Notes: generated by a model not told the origin, from the sequence alone. A DNA stretch of 63,302 nt, filler included, from Licmophora abbreviata (GCA_900291995.1; 10 parts of 10 records of this genome joined end to end with filler, not necessarily neighbours in it), one strand, 5' to 3'; positions 38,324 to 51,119 are shown, counted from the first letter of the whole stretch. Numbers and translations are program-made.

Positions 38324-40644
38324 TCAGCATGAGAGGCACGTCGCTTGGCAGACGTCGGCAACGGCCTCGTCAACACACCGAAGGCCTATCCAACGGTTGC
38401 GAGATGCCAACCAGGCGCAGTCCTTCCAGCCATTTTTCCCGTTGATATACACTTCACCGGGCAAATCTACACAAGCGCCATCCTTGCTTACAATATCAAT
38501 GGGGGTGTAGATGCGGCCTTCCCAGAAATTGCAGCTGTCGCATGTCTCTTGGCACAGATAGCTTACATCCTTTTCCTTGTCGCAGTGTCTATTCTTGAAG
38601 TTGGCGTTTTTCGTTGCCACCCATGCACAATCTTTGTACCCTTTGCTATTGTTGATCCAAATGTCGAAACTGTCTTCGTTCTCGCAGGTCCCGCCGCCCC
38701 CGCCACCATTCTTGCTCACTGCGTTACTGAGGGTGTAGCTTTGACCGTTCCAGAAATCGCAGCTGTCGCATGTCTCTTGACACAGGTAGCTTACATCCTT
38801 CTCCTTGCCGCAGTGGTTATTCTTGAAGTTGGTGTTTTTCGCTGCCACCCACGCACAGTCCTTGTAACCTTTGCTGTTGTTGATCCAAATGTCGTAACTG
38901 TCGTCATTCTCGCATGGATCGCCTCCAGCGTTGCAGCCTGCAGGATCACAGCTCGGGGCGGTTGAGACTGATGGTGACGATGATGGCTTCACGCTCGGTT
39001 TGTGGCTCGTCGTGGGAACTTGGGTTTGACTGGGAGCAGCTGACAATGACGGTTGCGAGGAAGGAAAACTACTCGGGGCGGTCGAGCCAGACGGTGGCGA
39101 CGATGGGTGCACGCTGGGTTTGAGGCTCTTGGTAGGAACTTGACTTTCGCTGGGAGATAATGACAATGACGGTGGTGAGGAGTGCGCACTGCTCGGAGAT
39201 GCCGAGCCAGACGGTGGCGACGATGGCTGGACGCTTGGTTGGAGACTCGCTGTTGGAACTTGGGACTCGCTGGGAACTGCTGAGATTGAAGGTTGCAAAG
39301 ATGGTACGCTGCTCGGAGCGACCGAACGAGACGGCGAAGACGATGGCTGCACGCTTGGCTGAGTGCTCGTGGACGGAGTTTGGGATTGGCTGGGAGCAGC
39401 CGAGATTGACGGTGCAGACGACGCATGAATGGTTGCCTCCACTTCTTCCACGAAATCCACGTGATCTTCGTCGAGCAAAAACAATGATCCCAGGCCGTTG
39501 CTGTCGCGTGGAATGTTCCACGTCCAGGCTCCTCCTGCCTCGAGCACTCGGCTCTTCCAATCTGCCGCATGAGACACGTTCCAGACTAGTGCCGAGCCGA
39601 CCGTGTTCCATTTGTTGGACACGGGCATGAACAAGTGACACAAGGAAGACTCGCCTTGGGAGTCTGTGACAAATCCATCTGGTGTACTCTCAACGTCTTC
39701 GACCATTGCCAGATTAATGTCATCATTTGGGTTGGCGTTCTTCAACGGCTCTGGGTGGCCAGAAGTGAAATGTTCACGTCCTGGACTGTTTACTTGTAAA
39801 GGTCGCTTGGGTCCTCGGTTGAAGGCAATCACAGCATTCGGGTTGTTTTGTGTGATGATATCATGAATGGTCGTAGTATGATCGAAACCGACTCCAACCA
39901 AGTAGCTTCCTTGATCAAACCACCAGCCATCGATCAAGTCGGTATATCTCGCGGCATACTCTCCCACAATAACTTCGGAATATGCCAATGCCAACGTGCC
40001 ATCCTCCGCATCTCCATACTCTTGAGTCACATAATCTTTCCACCTCGCGATTGAAGGCGATTCTCCGTTGACAAGCTGGTTGTTGTTCTCCGCCCATTTA
40101 TGGTCGAAGGCACGAGTGGGATGCTTTTGCATGGCCGGACCTTGAGCACCCATGTATGCGATCACTTTGATTCCTTCATCCTTGATGGCTTCGGCCAATC
40201 GTTGGAAGAAGTCTTTTTCCCCTTGAGGTGGCTGAACTGGGGTAGACCGAGGATTGAGGGGTGTTAGGATGGAATGCCAGGACATGTATGTGTCGCCCGA
40301 GGCGCCGCCAGAGAGATTCACAACAACCCAGGAAACATCCCCGATAGTCTTGACTTGGTCCACAAAAGCGGGAATGTCATATCCGCTGATATAATAGTTG
40401 TCCAACCAAGAGTCTCCACCAATGTAAAGTTCTTTCCCTGAATGCATGAAGGGGAAACGGCATGGATTAGAACTAGAGGCGAAACAATGCTTCTGGAAAT
40501 TTGCCTGGGTTGCTCCGTCATCCTCGTCTCACCTGCTGGGATCCGATAGCCAACACCCCACTTTCCAGACATCCACTCGGCATTCCGTTGCCCCTGAGCC
40601 ATGACGGCTGTGAGAATCAAGAGAACAATTCGACCAAGGTTCAT
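38324..40644 (-). CDS. Secreted GH107 endo-fucoidanase-like glycoside hydrolase + Ser/Pro stalk + 3 six-Cys domains, 2 exons
   Basis: Signal peptide MNLGRIVLLILTAVMAQG, WMSGKWGV, RYTDLIDGWWFD (R-x5-D-x4-D) and FTSGHP. Intron 40438-40532. Confidence 0.75.
38945..39424 (-). repeat. 4 x ~120-nt (40-aa) tandem Ser/Pro repeat in the GH107 linker
   Basis: Units of the form SxxPSxSxxPSxSQVPTxSxxPSVxPSSxPSxSxxPSS repeated four times. Confidence 0.8.
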
Positions 40645-41101
40645 CGCTGTGCCTGTGGGGCGCCTTTCGCCATCGATATTGTGACTCTGTGATGAGCAAC
40701 TGTCAAACACACCCAAGAGACTTTCTATTGGTCATATCACTTATGAAGGGCATTCTGTACAAGAGAATAATGACTTAAGATATTTTATATTTATCGATAG
40801 TGTGTCTCAAAGGACAGATTTGAGTCATTTTCATAAGAACATCGCCCAGCGCACGACGCGCATTGTGGATTTCTGCACTGCAGTTCGCAAGGGGACATGG
40901 CAGCATCATAATACTTAAGCTAAATAAATATCACACGAACCCCGATATCTCAGAAATAACGGTCATCCCCGCTCGCAAAAAACCCATCGCCGTTTTCGAA
41001 GAGCACTTGGCGGCAAAATCTCGTCATCGCACTTACAGCACCACACTGCACCGCCGAGCTTTCGATCGCATCAAGAGAGATCGCCTTTTCTTTGTGATGC
41101 C

Positions 41102-43313
41102 ATGAATCCTACACAGTGTCTGGTAGACCATGTGTCATCTGTGAGCGCCCGTCGAGAGAATGCGTTCGCAGAACAGACGAAGCAGTTCGAGTACTCCAGT
41201 CGATGGCTGGCGGACGCAATTCAGGTGAGCTTTTGTGTGGCGTTCATATATCCACCGTTCTTTTGATCGCTTTTTCGACGCATTCCTCCTAATATCTTAC
41301 TTTCTACTTACCAGTCGTGCAAGAGGAAAGTAATGGAGGGAACAGGACAGGAGGTTGTCGAATCGAAGCGCGTGAAATCCGCCGTCAGGGACGAAAACAG
41401 CGAGCCGAATGCTTCAGCGAACGCGGACGCAGGCGAAGAGAAACACCCAGAATACGAGCGTATCATGTCACTCAAGGTGTTGCAGCTCCGGGGTGAGCTA
41501 CGTTCGCATGGTCTGGACGTGGCAGGCCGAAAGAATGAACTGCGGACTCGTCTGCTCGAGTACGTCACGGCAAACGATAAGTCCGGAGAGTCAGGCGATG
41601 TAGCCTGCGCTGTGGGGGAAAAGAGGAGAGAAGGAGAGGCTACAGACTCTCAAGTGACAAAGTCCAGTGCTCATACGGTAAACATCAGTCAGATGGGGTC
41701 TGTCAAGAAATCTTCAACGACACGGGACGACGTCGCCGTTGCGACGAAAGCTGCCGGGCCAGAAGGGCAGCCAGCAGCAAAATCAACTTCCGTGAAAGAA
41801 GCGATTGAAATGGATGTCGATGTGCCTATTGAAGACACTCTCCAAGCGACTAAAGAGAGAACGTCCTTTTTGAAGTCGACAGCTTCAAGCGTAAGCGATC
41901 TCGTCTCAAAGCTCAAGCCAGACCCTCAGAACAAAGTCATTTCAGTCAAAAAGGCTTCAACAATTTCTTCGTCTCCTCTTCGGTCAGTGCTTGCGAAAGG
42001 CCTTGTGAAATCTGCGTCAAATTTGTTCTCGCCGTCGAAGAAGGACCGCGAAAAGGTCAAGGCCGTGGCGAAGGGGGGTGCCAGCGGGGAAGTGAAGAGT
42101 ACAGAGGATGCAGCGTGAGTAGTATCTATCCATTTCGTTATGACACCGTTGTGCTTCGAAGATGCTAACAATCTATTATACCTTTTCTCTTCCCTCTTTA
42201 GATTGCGTCCTGGGAAGGAGCTTGCGAAGGAATCGACTTCATCTGAAAAAATCGTCTCGGCCACTCCTGCAATATCTAGCGGCGGCAGCGGCACCGTTGG
42301 TGTTCCCTCTGTCTCGACGAGCGCAAAGGCGAAGCACAAGGCACTTGCAGATGCACGAAAGGCGAGACTTGCAGAGATTCGTGGAAAGAGCAAGCCAATG
42401 GCTATGTCTGGATCCGGAGGCGGTGCTGCTTCGGCGTCTAGTCGACTTCTCAGCAAGTCATCGGTCGCAACAGAGAACAAGGAGGATCGACGCAATCTTC
42501 TTGCAGCGCAGATGAGAGAAAAGGCTGCAGCAACTGGAAAATTGAAGTTTGACAAGCCATCGAATCATCTCCACTTGAAAAGCATGACAGTTGTAAAAAC
42601 GGATGCGCCGTTTTCAGAAGTGAAACCCGGCACCGAACATGCACCGTCGGCAAATAAGCCTCGTGTGAATCGAAGCCCGGCTCCCGCCAAACTGAAGCCC
42701 ACGGTGATTGCTGTAGCCGCTCCATCGCCCAAGAAGGGCCTTGCCAGCGCAAAAGTGCTTCAAGGGAAGAGTAGCATTCCCAAGGCATTCAGGAGTCCAG
42801 CGCAGCTGAAGCGCGGAACTCCCAAGCCAGCTAGATCAACTCTCCGAGATGTCAAAGCAGAGCATCGCGACCGAGTCTTGTCTCCAATGGACACATATGA
42901 AATCTCTGATCGGAGTGATAGCGACGACAGTGACAGTGACGATTCGTACAGTGAACGCAAAGCAGGAAAGAAGGTACGAACAGTCTACGTTGTAGCTGAG
43001 CTTTGGAGATGTGTTTGTTCGCGATCCGGCTGCGATACGCTAACATGTTGTTCTTTCTTCTTTTCAGATCCCGACATGGGCGCAAAGACCGAACCTTGTT
43101 CTTGCTCTGGAGAGACAATGTGACAATGAGTCTAAGAACAAACTGAACCCAGACTTGATCTTTCCAGAAGTGGAATCATGCAACTTGGAGGAGATCTTCG
43201 ATCGAAAGAAGACTCGCTACAAGAGTCGTACGAGCTCTGGAAACTGGACGAAGGATCGTGTGACGGTTCACGAGAAGCTAGTTTACGGTCGGAGTATGGG
43301 ATACATGAAGTGA
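41102..43313 (+). CDS. INCENP: INCENP-like protein with SAP domain and C-terminal IN-box, 4 exons
   Basis: SAP LKVLQLRGELRSHGLDVAGRKNELRTRL. IN-box IPTWAQ...LNPDLIFPEVESCNLEEIF...RTSSGNWTKD. Introns 41225-41314, 42115-42201 and 42974-43067. Confidence 0.8.
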
Positions 43314-43472
43314 TTATAAAAGGGAAGTGGGGTGCTTCGGCAAGCACGAGCGCGGCGAGCAGTTCTTGGAGGACTGGTGCTAGCACATGTCTTGACTGGA
43401 TGAAGCACACTGTCGAACAGGTTCATAACGCATAGGTACAATGTGCACTGACGCCTAGCTTAACCTTCATCG

Positions 43473-43958
43473 TTACCAATCATTGAAACCGAGATGAGCT
43501 TCCTCGTCAATCGTCCCATCCCACTCCCAATCGCTGTCGTCCAGTTCTTCTTTGCGAGGTGGCGGCGTCGGTCCTTTACCATCAGTCGCATATCTTTCTC
43601 CGATTACGTCCATGAACCCGCTAATTGCTGCGTCCTCGATAGACAGAGTGGATTCCATATCATCGTACTGGTTGTCCTTGTCTTGCTCCTCATCCTCTTG
43701 TTCGTCATCACTAAGAAAGAACGGGTCGCCTCCCATGGCCTCCAGTTCGGCTCGGCGATCGGAAAACGATTCCCCTTCGACGAACGAGTGACGTCCGTCA
43801 TCCATTCGTTCGCCACTTTCGTTGCACGCCAGGGCATGTTCTTGATATTCACGAAACGGCCGAAGAAGTTTGTTCGGGGGGACGAATGGATACGCGTGTA
43901 TAAACGGTGAACCTGTAAACAGCAGCACCAATAGTAGCCGCCATGGTAGAAGAGCCAT
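43473..43958 (-). CDS. Small acidic protein with signal peptide (possibly plastid-targeted), function unknown
   Basis: Signal peptide ending IHAYPF. Motifs LEAMGGDPFFL and WEWDGTIDEEAHL. Confidence 0.6.
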   Translation of the reverse strand: MALLPWRLLLVLLFTGSPFIHAYPFVPPNKLLRPFREYQEHALACNESGERMDDGRHSFVEGESFSDRRAELEAMGGDPFFLSDDEQEDEEQDKDNQYDDMESTLSIEDAAISGFMDVIGERYATDGKGPTPPPRKEELDDSDWEWDGTIDEEAHLGFNDW

Positions 43959-44307
43959 ATCTTCTGGGTTCTCTAACCAATAGCAAAGCGCCACAGCAAA
44001 GGAGGGCGTGACCGATCAATCGGTTAAAATAGCACCACCAGCTATCGTTTTCCCTTGAGCGGATAGTATTTCGTCGTCAGAACCACCGTCACATCGCCGC
44101 GACGCGATGAATGAATCTAATTTTTCAATTTTTTGCCATCGCCCCGATTGGCGCCGCGCGCTGTTCTGGCCGTGTCCCCGGCTGACGGCAGGACGCCTTC
44201 AGCGAGTGAGTCATGACGTCTTGCGTGACTGAAGAGCGAGCTCCGATTTCAGATTTGAGATTGTGAGGCTTCTCATTGACGCGCCTCGAAAGATACGAAA
44301 TACGACC

Positions 44308-44774
44308 ATGACGAACGAAAAGCTTTTGACGGGTCTTTTGGAGGGATTGGCGGTGTTTTCCGCGGGCCTTGTGGCTGGAGGCTGCTTCTACATTAGTGGC
44401 ATTGAAGTTCCCGGTCGTGGGGAAGAAACAAAGCCTGGATATCAGCTTCAGAACTGGCAGGCGACGGTTCCTCGCGCCCGCGATTTTTTCAAGCCATTTG
44501 GCTTTGTCGTCAATGCCATTATCGGAGGGTGCATCTACAAGACAAAGAAACAGAGCTGGTGGATTTCGTTTGCTCTCTTGGGGGCTTGGGACCCTGGACA
44601 GCCATTACGATTGTGCCCACGAACGAGAAGCTGAGCTCGCTCAAGGAAGGAGACGCTAAGGATGAAGCCGAGGCACCCGAGCTGGTGAAGAAGTGGGCTT
44701 CGGTTCACATGATTCGTACTGTGCTGTCGACTTTGGGCTTCGGTGCTGCCATTGCTGCAATGGCGATGGATTGA
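44308..44774 (+). CDS. DUF1772 / anthrone-oxygenase-like 4-TM protein (apparent 1-nt frameshift in G-run near 44580-44584)
   Basis: GLVAGGCFYIS.IEVP in one frame continues as LGPWTAITIVPTNEKL...KKWASVHMIRTVLS in the next frame. Confidence 0.75.
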
Positions 44775-45375
44775 GGCCTTGTCAATTGAGAACTCCTTTG
44801 CTCTTATAGTCGTACATGGTGGAACGGTTCCGCAGTCTTGATTCATGCTTATTATGTCACTGGTCCCAGGCATTCTGCGATCACTGCAGTTTGGTTTCTT
44901 TCTTATGGCTAGCTATTTCTGTTGCTACTGCTCCCGTGATATTGTCAATGACTGAATCCAGTTTCGCCCATGCAGCCGTCTACCTCTTGCCTTGAGACTT
45001 GGGAGCCTGCTTTGCTGGTGGGCTCTCTAGCTAGCATTGTGTCTTCCGTGCCTCCTTTCGAGTCGATGCCTGCGACTTACGTTACAATTGTCTCATGTTT
45101 CATGACTGACTCTTCGAGAACTTGTCCTCTTCATCTAGCCCACGACTCTGTCCGCCTTTTACGAGTAGTGAGTGTTGTGAAGTCAAAGACGCCCGCCGCT
45201 CAGTCGTGCTAGTCGAGATCAATATCCGGGTCTTGATTCGACTCTGTTTTACTTAAGAAAGACCAAAAAGTTGGGTGCGCGTCCACGTCGTTGCGTCCAT
45301 TTGATTGATTCAGTCGAAGTCTGATGCTGTGTATCCAGACTTCTTTTCGTCCTCTCCTCCGGTGTTCTAGTCTCC

Positions 45376-47062
45376 ATGAGGATTGCTCTTCGTGAATCTA
45401 GCGATCCTATTTCTTTCTTTCTTTTTTTGATGATATTGATGACTTCCATAGCCACAAAAAGCACTGTTCCTACCGCAACCGCGTTCCAGGTCGCCGTGAT
45501 TGGCGGGGGAGCGGCTGGACTGGCGTGTGCCCGCGTGCTGTCTCGAAACGGTCTCGTGCCTCTTGTGCTAGAGCACGACGCGGAAACGGTCGGTGGGGTC
45601 TGGAATTACAACAAACAGGAGAAGAAGAAGAATCGACCCATGTATCGAAATCTGAGAACCAATCTTCCAAGAGAAATCATGGCGTATCGAGAAAAGCCGT
45701 GGAATTCAAAGACTGGGCCTGGAACCCAAAGGTGATGAGAGGGATGCAGTGCCGTGATTGCTATGTTCGTTTTCATAGAGCAGTCATGCTCACATATTTG
45801 GGTCTTCTATGCACTTTTTCGTCGCTCATGCAACAATCACAGCTACGTAACGCATCGCGATGTGCTGGCATACTTGGAAGAGTACAAGAACGACTTTGAT
45901 CTGTGCCGATACATACAGTATGGTGCCACGGTAACGCAGCTTACGGTATTACCGCTATCTCGGGAGCAAGATGAGTGGCCTCGCATTCGATTGGCATGGC
46001 TGCAAGATAGTGTTGAGAAGCAAGAGACGTTTGACGCAGTCTGTGTATGCAACGGTCACTATGCGACTCCCTCCTCACCTGTCTTGCCTGGACTGGAAGA
46101 GTATTTTCGTGGAAAAAAAGTGTTACATTCGGTTGAATACGATGAGCCAAAGCAATTTGAAGGCCAGACTGTTTTGTGTATTGGTGCGAGGGCCAGTGGG
46201 AGTGATTTGGCACGGGAAATTTCCCACTATGCCGAACACGTCTACTTGAGTGACAGTAGCACCACCAAAACCGAGACGCGAGACAATGTGACGCGAACGC
46301 CACGCACACTGCGGGTTCAGTCAGATGGCAGTATTCTATTTGATTGCGATTGCGATGTATCTCCAAAGGTGGATACCATCATTTTTTGTTCGGGGTATGA
46401 CTATGCGTTTCCCTTCATTTCGAGCCCTGAGGAATCCGGCTTGTCCGATTGGTCGGTGTCGCCTGGAGAGCGGCGTGTCATGCTCCTGTTTAAGCAGCTT
46501 TGGCATGCTCGAAATTTGTCCCTCGCCTTTCTGGGATTGCCGCACAGTGTTGTGCCTTTTCCTCTTTTTGAGCTGCAAGCAGAAGCTGTCGTGGCTCAGC
46601 TTTTGAGGAAGCGGGACGGCATGGAATCGAGTCTTGCTCCGTTACAGCAACGCTTAGAAGAGGCGCAACAGGATGCAACTGCAGGAGGATACAAGGGAGA
46701 AGGGCGTGTTCAGGATACACACTATCTAGGAAGTGGACAATGGGATTATTCTCGGGAACTGGCCAGGCTTGCGGAAAAGTATGACGCTGAAGTGGAAAAC
46801 TATATTGCGACCAACCAGGTACGTCTTGCTATACTTCTGCGCTGTTATGGTGAATTGCTTGCTTTGTAAAAGTGCAAGTTACGAGCATGTTTCTCTGGTA
46901 CTTTAGGCTATTTATGACCATTGTGGCAATGAGCGAAAGAACTGCTTTCCGGGGGGTCCAGATACATACCGTGAAACATGCTACGATCGTGATGACGCCC
47001 GCCAGTCCTTTCGATTGATCAAGAACGGGGGTAGTCTGGCTTCTATCGAGGCGCCGACTTGA
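45376..47062 (+). CDS. Flavin-containing monooxygenase (class B FMO), 3 exons
   Basis: GGGAAG FAD motif, GGVW, MYRNLRTNLP, CNGHY, F-x-G-x4-HS-x2-Y fingerprint, GARASG NADPH motif. Introns 45732-45842 and 46819-46906. Confidence 0.9.
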
Positions 47063-48131
47063 TTGCAGCAGAAGCCTTTGGTTTGGGAAATGGATCAGCC
47101 TAGTTAGGCGGCATGAAGCTAATAAAATACCCAAGCCTGCTTTTGTCAGCAACGAGTTGTCCTTCACTCAGAAAATCATTAAATGACGCAGAACTGTCAT
47201 GATAAAACACCAGGTATGATACAGAGTTGAAAGTGTCCGCGCGCACACCCACACGACTTCGAATTGCATCCCACACGTATGATATGATACCAAGAGAAGC
47301 TTTTCTTTGAGAGCACAGGAACAAGAGCCATACCAGCAGTAGGTCACTTGTCCGAGTCACCATGTTCGCATGCTTCTTGACCTGTCTGTTCCAAGGACTG
47401 TCGCTACTGGTGCTTCGATCAGATCACTGCGTGGATGAATTTGAATGTGAGATGGACTATGGCTCGTACTTTGAGCTTGTCAGATGCTTTTATTGGCTTG
47501 CGGCTTTGTTGGCAGTCCACCTCTTGAAAGGTCCCGCAGAAGTCAAATCAGAACCAGAACGAAATAGTATTGATGGGACTTGGCAGTGCAAATTTGCAGC
47601 TCCTGCTTCAGCGGCGTCTTGAATGCCACCATGCGAAGTAACTACATACATACCTATGACACTTGTATTTGACTAGAGAGCAGTAGATGAATAGTCCTGC
47701 TTGATGGGCACCGGTCTAAGGTAGACCTACTCATGCTATCCATGAGCGGAAAATACCGGTAGACTGCCTCGACTGATGATGATAACTCGTTGACGACATC
47801 TGTACTCGTGCGAGTAATCATTGACGTGCCGTAAGTCATGACTGCTTTGGCTTACTCGTGACTGAGGTCATGAAAGAAGTCTTGAGGTTTTGGGTCCCGT
47901 CCAAAGCTAACAAGAACCACACGAAAAAGATCCAGACCGTCACACTCATCAGTCATGGTGCACCTCCAGCGACGCCATGCAAAGCTGTCCAGCCTTTCTT
48001 TGCCTTGCAGTATTGACGAGGCCCGTTGATTTTCCCTTGCAGCGATGATTTGTCAGAGTAGAAGATCGTAGTGGTCTTAATCTCGGCACCGCAGTGTTTT
48101 GTTCGCAAAAAATTGGGGACAAAATAAAAAA

Positions 48132-51018
48132 ATGTCGTCTCCGCTGCAGCGCCTCTTAGTTCGAGGCCAGTTTCTCCATACAATGGACGAGGATCAGACT
48201 TACGAGGACACATTGGCTCTCAGAGATAGGTCAGCTGTGAACCTACAGAAGAGGTCTTCGTTGCCATCTTCGGCGACTACAACACCGACTTGGCGAAACT
48301 GGTGGACGCCTCCGACACGCCGCATATCGAATCCCTCTTTACGAAGTGAAACTTCACCCAAGCAGCACCATCCGAAGATGCTGATACGGAGAATGCCAAA
48401 CGTCACACCGTTTCTATTGCGACTGCATGAACATTTGGAACGCTATTCGCAGCATTTGTCGGACCCATCGGTCGAACACTCTGTGGCTGCCGCGGCGCTT
48501 TTGGATGCAGGCGTGGCGACAGCCAGTAGTCCTCGCACCTCCCCGTCGTCGACTCCGAACCACAAACGATCGCCACCGCTGCAATTTTTCGGAAAGCAGT
48601 CAACACAGCAGCAACAGTCTTCTCATGCCATGGCACTTGAGGTCGAATGGGAANNNNNNNNNNNNNNNNNNNNNNNNNNNNNNNNNNNNNNNNNNNNTTA
48701 ATTAATTAANNNNNNNNNNNNNNNNNNNNNNNNNNNNNNNNNNNNNNNNNNNNAACAGTCTTCTCATGCCATGGCACTTGAGGTCGAATGGGAAGCCTTC
48801 GTGTCGCCCTTGTTGTTGCTGGCAGGTGCCGAAGCTCTCTATGGTCAACTGGAACACGTCATGTCCACCCCGAAAGCACACCATGCACCTCCTGCAGATT
48901 TGTCGGTTCTCTATCGCACTATTCATAAGGATCTGAAGAAGGTCAAGAAAGAGCTGTGCGAGAATCTCTTGTCACAGCCAGAAGGGCGGTCGGAGCAAGT
49001 ATTGGAGGCAGCTCGAACAGTCCATGTCTCTCTAAACTGTTTACAAAGCCTCACGGTAGTTCGATGTCGACTGATCGAACTTCAACGAATGCTCTTTTCA
49101 ACAGCGCCAGCGACTGGCAAAGACAACAATGAGTCCTTTTCGACAAAGTGCATGGCTCTGGCGGAGTCATGCCGAGAATTTCTTCCAGATCCAAAGCAGC
49201 CATGTGGCCTGGCAACGTCGCTTGTTGTATCACTTCAAAAGGAAGTCAAGACTTGGATGTCGCTTCTGGAAACCATGGCCTGCCTGGAACAATGTCGGTA
49301 CGTACTCACGAGTGTTCATCTTGTCCCTTATTGGAAGAGTCGCCGGGATACTGTGAGGATGGTCTGTTTATAAATTTGCAGTCGACGTGTTCTCAAATCA
49401 ACCTGGCGAAGAGTAGCGATTGGGCGGACAAAAAGCACTCGTTGTGGCTGCGATTATCTACAGTCCAATGAGCCGTCGTACTAGCCTACACTTTCGTTTC
49501 AAGTGAATGTGGTTTTCTCACATGTTCTGTGTCGTCGAAACCTCGACTAGGTTTCTTGAGACTGTTCTCGCTGCGAAGAAGACCAAGGACTGTATTCGCA
49601 TGTCGTCTTCCACTACGCTCCAGTGTTGGTTTCGCCAGACGGCGGAGCGACTTCTTTCTATCATGCCTTTGTTTCTTGATTGCGTCAGTACATTCGCATC
49701 GCCTCTGTATGGATTTGACCGAATCGGTCTGGAGGAGTCCGCTCGAGAGGACAAAGACCGGCTTGGACTTGTAAATGACTACGAAGCGGAGATTCACGAC
49801 TTTTTGCGGCGCCAAGAGACCAAGGGAGGCTCGCCCATGGCCATCGCCATTGTCGTCGATGCTGTTGGCACAGCCAACCAGCGCATGGAACAAGGTGTCA
49901 TGCTGGATCAAGCCGGACAAGATGACATTCCTGATGAGGCGGAGAGGCTGCGTCGGGAATGGAAAGCGGTCTACATTCGTAGTACGCTTCATTCTATCGT
50001 CGGATCAAGTCCCAATCTGTCACGCTCTCCTTCACACGCATCGAGTGGACTATTCCGGATGAGCAAATCGTCCTTTCAGAATACGCGGAGGGATGACGAC
50101 CCCACGAAACTTTCCCCCGGTCCCACGAGGAATATGCGCTCGATCGACGCGAGCGCTCTATCAATCGCACGTGCATCTCACAATCGGCATGTCCTGGAGT
50201 ATGCCCCTGAAAAGGGGGTCTGCTCATGGCCGCACTCGGAGTGGCATCGTCTGGTGGAGATAATTTTGAATGTTGACGGGAAGGTGGAGCCGTCGAGTCC
50301 AGTGATAGAAGGCGACGCGACAAACAAGCAGCGAGTTCTTGGAAAGGCCGCAACATATCGGCCGCAGAGCACGCCATCGTCCGCCCTGGATGACAGGATC
50401 GGCCACGGAACACCTGATTCGACCTCGCAATCAGGCTGGATGGGGAACTGGGGTGCTCCTCCACCGCCCCCTCCAGTGACTTCTGGCCCCACTCAAGCTC
50501 AAACAAGCACCTCGAACTTTCACGTGATTCGCCTTGGAGAGTTTGTCACTATGCTTGTCATCGCCAAAGAGGAAGAAGGAGTCAAGTGGCAGCTCCGTCG
50601 AACTCGAGGGCACACCGATGAAGAAGTGCGATCATTTCTGAATGAGATTGCACCAAAACTTCGTGTATCCACGCTCTTCGATACTGAAAGGATTTCTGTG
50701 GCGCGAGCTCCGAAAGGACAGGAAGCAACGGTACCGGGGTACGATCTCTTGAGTATCTGGACGGGAAACGATCATCTAGACGAGGAGAGAAACGCGCAGG
50801 AATTCCTTCGCAGCCTCAAGGCATCGTTCGGTCTTAGGCCGCAAAGCCCGCTGATTGACAGCCCTTATAAGGGTCTTTTCCGATCAGGATCGAAAACTCA
50901 ATCAGCTAGGGATCCACGAAGGCGTAGCCGACTGCGAAAAAGACGAGTACTGAGTGACGAGGAGAGCGCTATTGCTTTTTTCCTCGGCGAAGATCTGATA
51001 TCAGGTATCCGCAAGTGA
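48132..51018 (+). CDS. KICS2: KICS2/C12orf66 (DUF2003) homolog, KICSTOR subunit-like; spans a gap
   Basis: LAGAEALYGQL...LYRTIHKDLKKV, SWPHSEW and FHVIRL...EVRSFLNEIAPKLRVSTLF resemble recalled C12orf66 blocks. Intron 49298-49550. Confidence 0.6.
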
Positions 51019-51119
51019 TGTGGGCTTCCTGCCAGGAGGTCTCTTAGAATATCATGCATAATATACAGTGTAAAAGACTGTAGTAGTCTAGTGGACAAAT
51101 CACAAATCAGTGCGCCAGT

